DNA of 2,827 nucleotides from Enterobacteria phage CUS-3: sequence record FN394989.1; one strand, 5' to 3'. Shown piece by piece: positions 1 to 2,827 of this stretch (position 1 is its first letter; each line of letters starts with the position of its first letter). The notes under the pieces were generated by a model. It saw only the letters and a program-made list of their open reading frames with translations, ran no database searches and was not told where the DNA came from. The position numbers and the translations under genes were made by a program.

Positions 1-438
1 ATGGCGCGCCCAACAAAGTATCAAGAGGCGTATGCCGAACAGGCACGCAAACTGTGCTTGCTGGGCTACACCGATGCAGAGCTTGCTGATTTCTTCGAAG
101 TCAGTGAGTCAACTATTAACAAGTGGAAGCTTGATTATCCTGAGTTTTCGGAGTCCATAAAAAAGGGTAAGGCCGTCGCTGATGCAGAAGTTAGTGACCG
201 TCTTTATCAACGCGCTATGGGCTTCGTGGCTCCAGACATCGATATTCGTGTTATTGAAAACAGAATTGTCGAAACTCCGCTTGAGAAGTATTACCCGCCT
301 GATACAACTGCCGCCATCTTCTGGCTTAAGAACCGACAGAAGGATAAATGGCGCGACAAGGTTGATCACGAGCTAACAGGCAAAGACGGCGGCGCAATTC
401 AGATTGAAACATCACCGATGAGCACTCTGTTCGGAAAA
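1..438 (+). CDS. Phage small terminase subunit (DNA-packaging protein, Sf6 gp1-like), 3' end lost in N-run
   Basis: Frame-1 ORF begins with ATG at base 1 and is open for 146 codons to the last real base (438). The protein is small and basic, with a helix-turn-helix-like segment (YTDAELADFFEVSESTINKWK) and a C-terminal tail ending GKDGGAIQIETSPMSTLFGK. This architecture and sequence resemble, from memory, the Sf6-type small terminase of P22-like phages; not verified by search. The TGA at 541-543 in the ORF track lies beyond a 100-N run, so frame continuity is meaningless and the true stop is unknown. Confidence 0.55.
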
Positions 439-538
439 NNNNNNNNNNNNNNNNNNNNNNNNNNNNNNNNNNNNNNNNNNNNNNNNNNNNNNNNNNNNNN
501 NNNNNNNNNNNNNNNNNNNNNNNNNNNNNNNNNNNNNN
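439..538. other. Run of 100 N (unsized scaffold gap or masked sequence)
   Basis: Directly visible. A length of exactly 100 is the usual convention for a gap of unknown size. Flanking content (end of a terminase gene, then the middle of a tailspike gene) cannot be contiguous within 100 nt in an intact phage. Confidence 0.9.
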
Positions 539-1762
539 TCTGAGCCATGTGTAAAATATTATGATGGCATTCTGTATCTGACGACCAGGGGGACATTAAG
601 TACTCAACCCGGTAGTTCATTGCACAGAAGCTCTGATTTAGGTACATCATGGAATTCTCTTCGCTTCCCAAATAATGTTCATCACTCAAACCTTCCTTTT
701 GCCAAAGTTGGCGATGAGCTGATTATTTTTGGCAGTGAGCGCGCATTTGGTGAGTGGGAAGGAGGAGAACCTGATAACCGTTATGCAGGAAACTATCCAA
801 GAACATTTATGACCAGAGTTAACGTCAATGAGTGGAGTCTGGATAATGTAGAGTGGGTTAATGTTACTGATCAGATTTATCAGGGCGGAATAGTTAACTC
901 TGCGGTTGGTGTTGGTTCAGTTTGTATCAAAGACAACTGGCTGTACTACATTTTCGGTGGGGAAGACTTTCTAAACCCATGGAGCATAGGGGATAACAAC
1001 AGAAAATATCCTTATGTTCACGATGGTCACNNNNNNNNNNNNNNNNNNNNNNNNNNNNNNNNNNNNNNNNNNNNNNNNNNNNNNNNNNNNNNNNNNNNNN
1101 NNNNNNNNNNNNNNNNNNNNNNNNNNNNNNNNNNNNNNNNNNNNNNNNNNNNNNNNNNNNNNNNNNNNNNNNNNNNNNNNNNNNNNNNNNNNNNNNNNNN
1201 NNNNNNNNNNNNNNNNNNNNNNNNNNNNNNNNNNNNNNNNNNNNNNNNNNNNNNNNNNNNNNNNNNNNNNNNNNNNNNNNNNNNNNNNNNNNNNNNNNNN
1301 NNNNNNNNNNNNNNNNNNNNNAGCGGCGGTGAAACAACGTCTTCAGCAGATGGTGCAATGATAACGTTGCATGGTTCCAGAAGCAGTACTCCACGTCGCG
1401 CGGTATATAACGCACTCGAACATCTTTTTGAGAACGGAGATGTTAAACCTTATCTTGATAATGTAAATGCTCTTGGTGGTCCGGGAAACAGGTTCTCGAT
1501 AGTTTATCTTGGCTCCAATCCTGTGGTTACCAGTGACGGAACATTAAAGACAGAGCCGGTCTCTCCTGACGAAACATTGCTGGATGCCTGGGGTGACGTC
1601 AGGTATATCGCTTATAAATGGCTGAACGCTGTCGCTATAAAGGGGGAAGAAGGGGCGAGGATACATCATGGTGTAATCGCGCAGCAACTTCGTGATGTTC
1701 TTATTTCTCACGGACTCATGGAAGAAGAAAGCACAACATGCCGCTATGCCTTTCTTTGCTAT
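539..1762 (+). CDS. Tailspike endo-N-acetylneuraminidase (endosialidase), internal and C-terminal portion; 5' and 3' ends missing, interrupted by N-run 1031-1321
   Basis: Frame 2 has no stop codons in 539-1030 (164 codons) or 1322-1762 (147 codons). Segment 1 (…YYDGILYLTTRGT…RSSDLGTSWNSL…KDNWLYYIFGGEDFLNPW…) has beta-propeller sialidase character, including an Asp-box SSDLGTSW at 629-652. Segment 2 (…VVTSDGTLKTEPVSPDE…GARIHHGVIAQQLRDVL…) matches the stalk end and C-terminal intramolecular chaperone domain of K1-phage endosialidases. The 291-N run is a multiple of 3 and keeps the frame. The ORF track misses this frame only because it has no in-window ATG start. Confidence 0.8.
1031..1321. other. 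Run of 291 N inside the tailspike reading frame
   Basis: Directly visible. Length is 97 codons and frame 2 is open on both sides, so the hidden stretch is plausibly a frame-preserving part of the tailspike between propeller and stalk. Confidence 0.9.
1532..1762 (+). other. C-terminal intramolecular chaperone / self-cleaving domain of the tailspike (peptidase S74-like), N-terminal part
   Basis: Ser codon AGT at 1532-1534 and Lys codon AAG at 1547-1549 form the S-D-G-T-L-K motif. This corresponds to the Ser/Lys catalytic dyad at the autocleavage site of endosialidase C-terminal chaperone domains (established for K1F endoNF). The domain continues into the N-run at 1763. Confidence 0.65.
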
Positions 1763-2179
1763 NNNNNNNNNNNNNNNNNNNNNNNNNNNNNNNNNNNNNN
1801 NNNNNNNNNNNNNNNNNNNNNNNNNNNNNNNNNNNNNNNNNNNNNNNNNNNNNNNNNNNNNNNNNNNNNNNNNNNNNNNNNNNNNNNNNNNNNNNNNNNN
1901 NNNNNNNNNNNNNNNNNNNNNNNNNNNNNNNNNNNNNNNNNNNNNNNNNNNNNNNNNNNNNNNNNNNNNNNNNNNNNNNNNNNNNNNNNNNNNNNNNNNN
2001 NNNNNNNNNNNNNNNNNNNNNNNNNNNNNNNNNNNNNNNNNNNNNNNNNNNNNNNNNNNNNNNNNNNNNNNNNNNNNNNNNNNNNNNNNNNNNNNNNNNN
2101 NNNNNNNNNNNNNNNNNNNNNNNNNNNNNNNNNNNNNNNNNNNNNNNNNNNNNNNNNNNNNNNNNNNNNNNNNNNNNNN
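1763..2179. other. Run of 417 N; expected to hide the tailspike 3' end, the intergenic region and the neuO 5' end
   Basis: Directly visible; length is 139 codons. Upstream frame 2 is still open at 1762 and the downstream ORF begins with ATG exactly at the first real base (2180). Confidence 0.9.
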
Positions 2180-2827
2180 ATGTTGTTTTCCGTTGATGAT
2201 AATGGGTCAGGTAATGTTTTTGTATGTGGAGATCTTGTAAATAGCAAAGAGAATAAAGTTCAGTTCAATGGAAACAATAACAAACTTATTATAGAAGATG
2301 ATGTTGAGTGTCGATGGCTTACCGTAATATTTAGGGGTGATAATAATTACGTAAGAATACATAAAAACAGTAAGATTAAAGGTGATATTGTCGCAACAAA
2401 AGGTTCAAAAGTTATTATCGGTAGAAGAACGACAATAGGTGCAGGTTTTGAAGTCGTCACTGATAAGTGCAATGTTACAATTGGCCATGACTGCATGATA
2501 GCAAGAGATGTTATTTTGCGTGCATCAGATGGGCATCCTATATTTGATATTCATAGCAAAAAAAGGATTAATTGGGCAAAAGATATCATTATATCTAGTT
2601 ACGTATGGGTAGGGAGAAATGTCTCTATAATGAAAGGAGTATCTGTTGGAAGCGGATCTGTCATTGGGTATGGGAGTATTGTAACTAAAGATGTGCCATC
2701 TATGTGTGCAGCAGCCGGTAATCCAGCAAAAATAATAAAAAGAAATATAATATGGGCAAGAACGGATAAAGCGGAGCTAATTAGTGATGACAAGAGATGC
2801 TCCAGCTATCATGCGAAGCTCACGCAA
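2180..2827 (+). CDS. neuO: Polysialic acid O-acetyltransferase (hexapeptide-repeat acetyltransferase), 3' end beyond window; true 5' start probably within the preceding N-run
   Basis: Frame-2 ORF from ATG 2180 is open for 216 codons to the window end with no stop. The translation shows hexapeptide-repeat acetyltransferase signatures (…TIGHDCMIARDVILRASDGHPIFD…ISSYVWVGRNVSIMKGVSVGSGSVIGYGSIVTKDVPSMCAAAGNPAKIIK…). It is AT-rich and sits immediately downstream of an endosialidase tailspike, the known location of neuO in prophage CUS-3. The acetyltransferase family call is well supported by the sequence; the neuO identity rests on context and recall. Confidence 0.8.
   Translation, partial: MLFSVDDNGSGNVFVCGDLVNSKENKVQFNGNNNKLIIEDDVECRWLTVIFRGDNNYVRIHKNSKIKGDIVATKGSKVIIGRRTTIGAGFEVVTDKCNVTIGHDCMIARDVILRASDGHPIFDIHSKKRINWAKDIIISSYVWVGRNVSIMKGVSVGSGSVIGYGSIVTKDVPSMCAAAGNPAKIIKRNIIWARTDKAELISDDKRCSSYHAKLTQ

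Noticed and set aside
109-369. Minus-strand ORF (86 aa) inside the terminase gene
   Set aside because: Fully antisense to a well-supported + strand coding frame, with no recognisable protein features; typical shadow ORF.
182-376. Plus-strand frame-2 ORF (64 aa) inside the terminase gene
   Set aside because: Alternative frame of the same DNA as the frame-1 terminase ORF; low-complexity translation with no independent support.
541-543. TGA taken as the stop codon of the terminase ORF
   Set aside because: It lies beyond a 100-N run whose true length is unknown, and it sits within the frame-2 tailspike coding sequence. The real terminase stop is in the gap.
399-689. Minus-strand ORF (96 aa) spanning the first N-run
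   Set aside because: Translated through 100 Ns and antisense to the tailspike frame; artefact of reading through the gap.
905-916. Tandem hexamer gttggt-gttggt
   Set aside because: Only two copies, in frame within the tailspike coding sequence (Val-Gly-Val-Gly); no reason to treat it as a functional repeat.
927-1415. Minus-strand ORF (162 aa) and the + strand frame-3 ORF 1014-1361, both mostly composed of Ns
   Set aside because: Most of their length is the 291-N run; the real-sequence ends are antisense or out of frame with the tailspike.
1692-2247. ORFs 1692-2240 (+), 1738-2196 (+) and 1759-2247 (-) spanning the 417-N run
   Set aside because: Almost entirely N; their short real-sequence ends are out of frame with, or antisense to, the tailspike and acetyltransferase frames.
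2558-2564. A7 homopolymer inside neuO as a possible second slipped-strand switch
   Set aside because: Seven A's is short, and such runs are expected by chance in DNA this AT-rich (it encodes Lys-Lys). The documented neuO switch is the heptanucleotide tract, so this is not supportable as a phase-variation site.
2599-2793. Minus-strand ORF (64 aa) inside neuO
   Set aside because: Antisense to the acetyltransferase frame, which has clear hexapeptide-repeat signatures; the hydrophobic translation reflects the AT-rich complement.
1-2827. A novel, undescribed defence or other system in this window
   Set aside because: All visible coding sequence is accounted for by three recognisable phage genes (small terminase, endosialidase tailspike, neuO-type acetyltransferase). 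No unexplained ORFs, repeat arrays or RNA-like structures remain in the unmasked sequence.

Overview
This window looks like three pieces of a P22-like, K1-capsule-specific prophage (CUS-3-like) from Escherichia coli, separated by three runs of N (439-538, 1031-1321, 1763-2179). All real genes are on the + strand. (1) 1-438 encodes a small basic protein with a helix-turn-helix-like N-terminus, best read as a phage small terminase subunit (Sf6 gp1-like); its 3' end is lost in the first N-run. (2) 539-1030 and 1322-1762 are one continuous frame-2 reading frame encoding part of a tailspike endo-N-acetylneuraminidase (endosialidase): a beta-propeller segment with a textbook sialidase Asp-box, then the end of the stalk and the start of the C-terminal self-cleaving chaperone domain (Ser-x4-Lys dyad visible). 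(3) 2180-2827 is a strongly AT-rich ORF encoding a hexapeptide-repeat (left-handed beta-helix) acetyltransferase, which in this context I recognise as neuO, the phase-variable polysialic acid O-acetyltransferase; it runs off the window end. I see nothing that requires a previously undescribed system; the content matches the known tailspike + neuO capsule-modification module. The most interesting biology (the neuO 5' repeat tract and true start, the tailspike 3' end, and the real terminase-to-tailspike linkage) is hidden in the N-runs. All minus-strand ORFs and all ORFs translated through Ns in the supplied track are judged artefacts.
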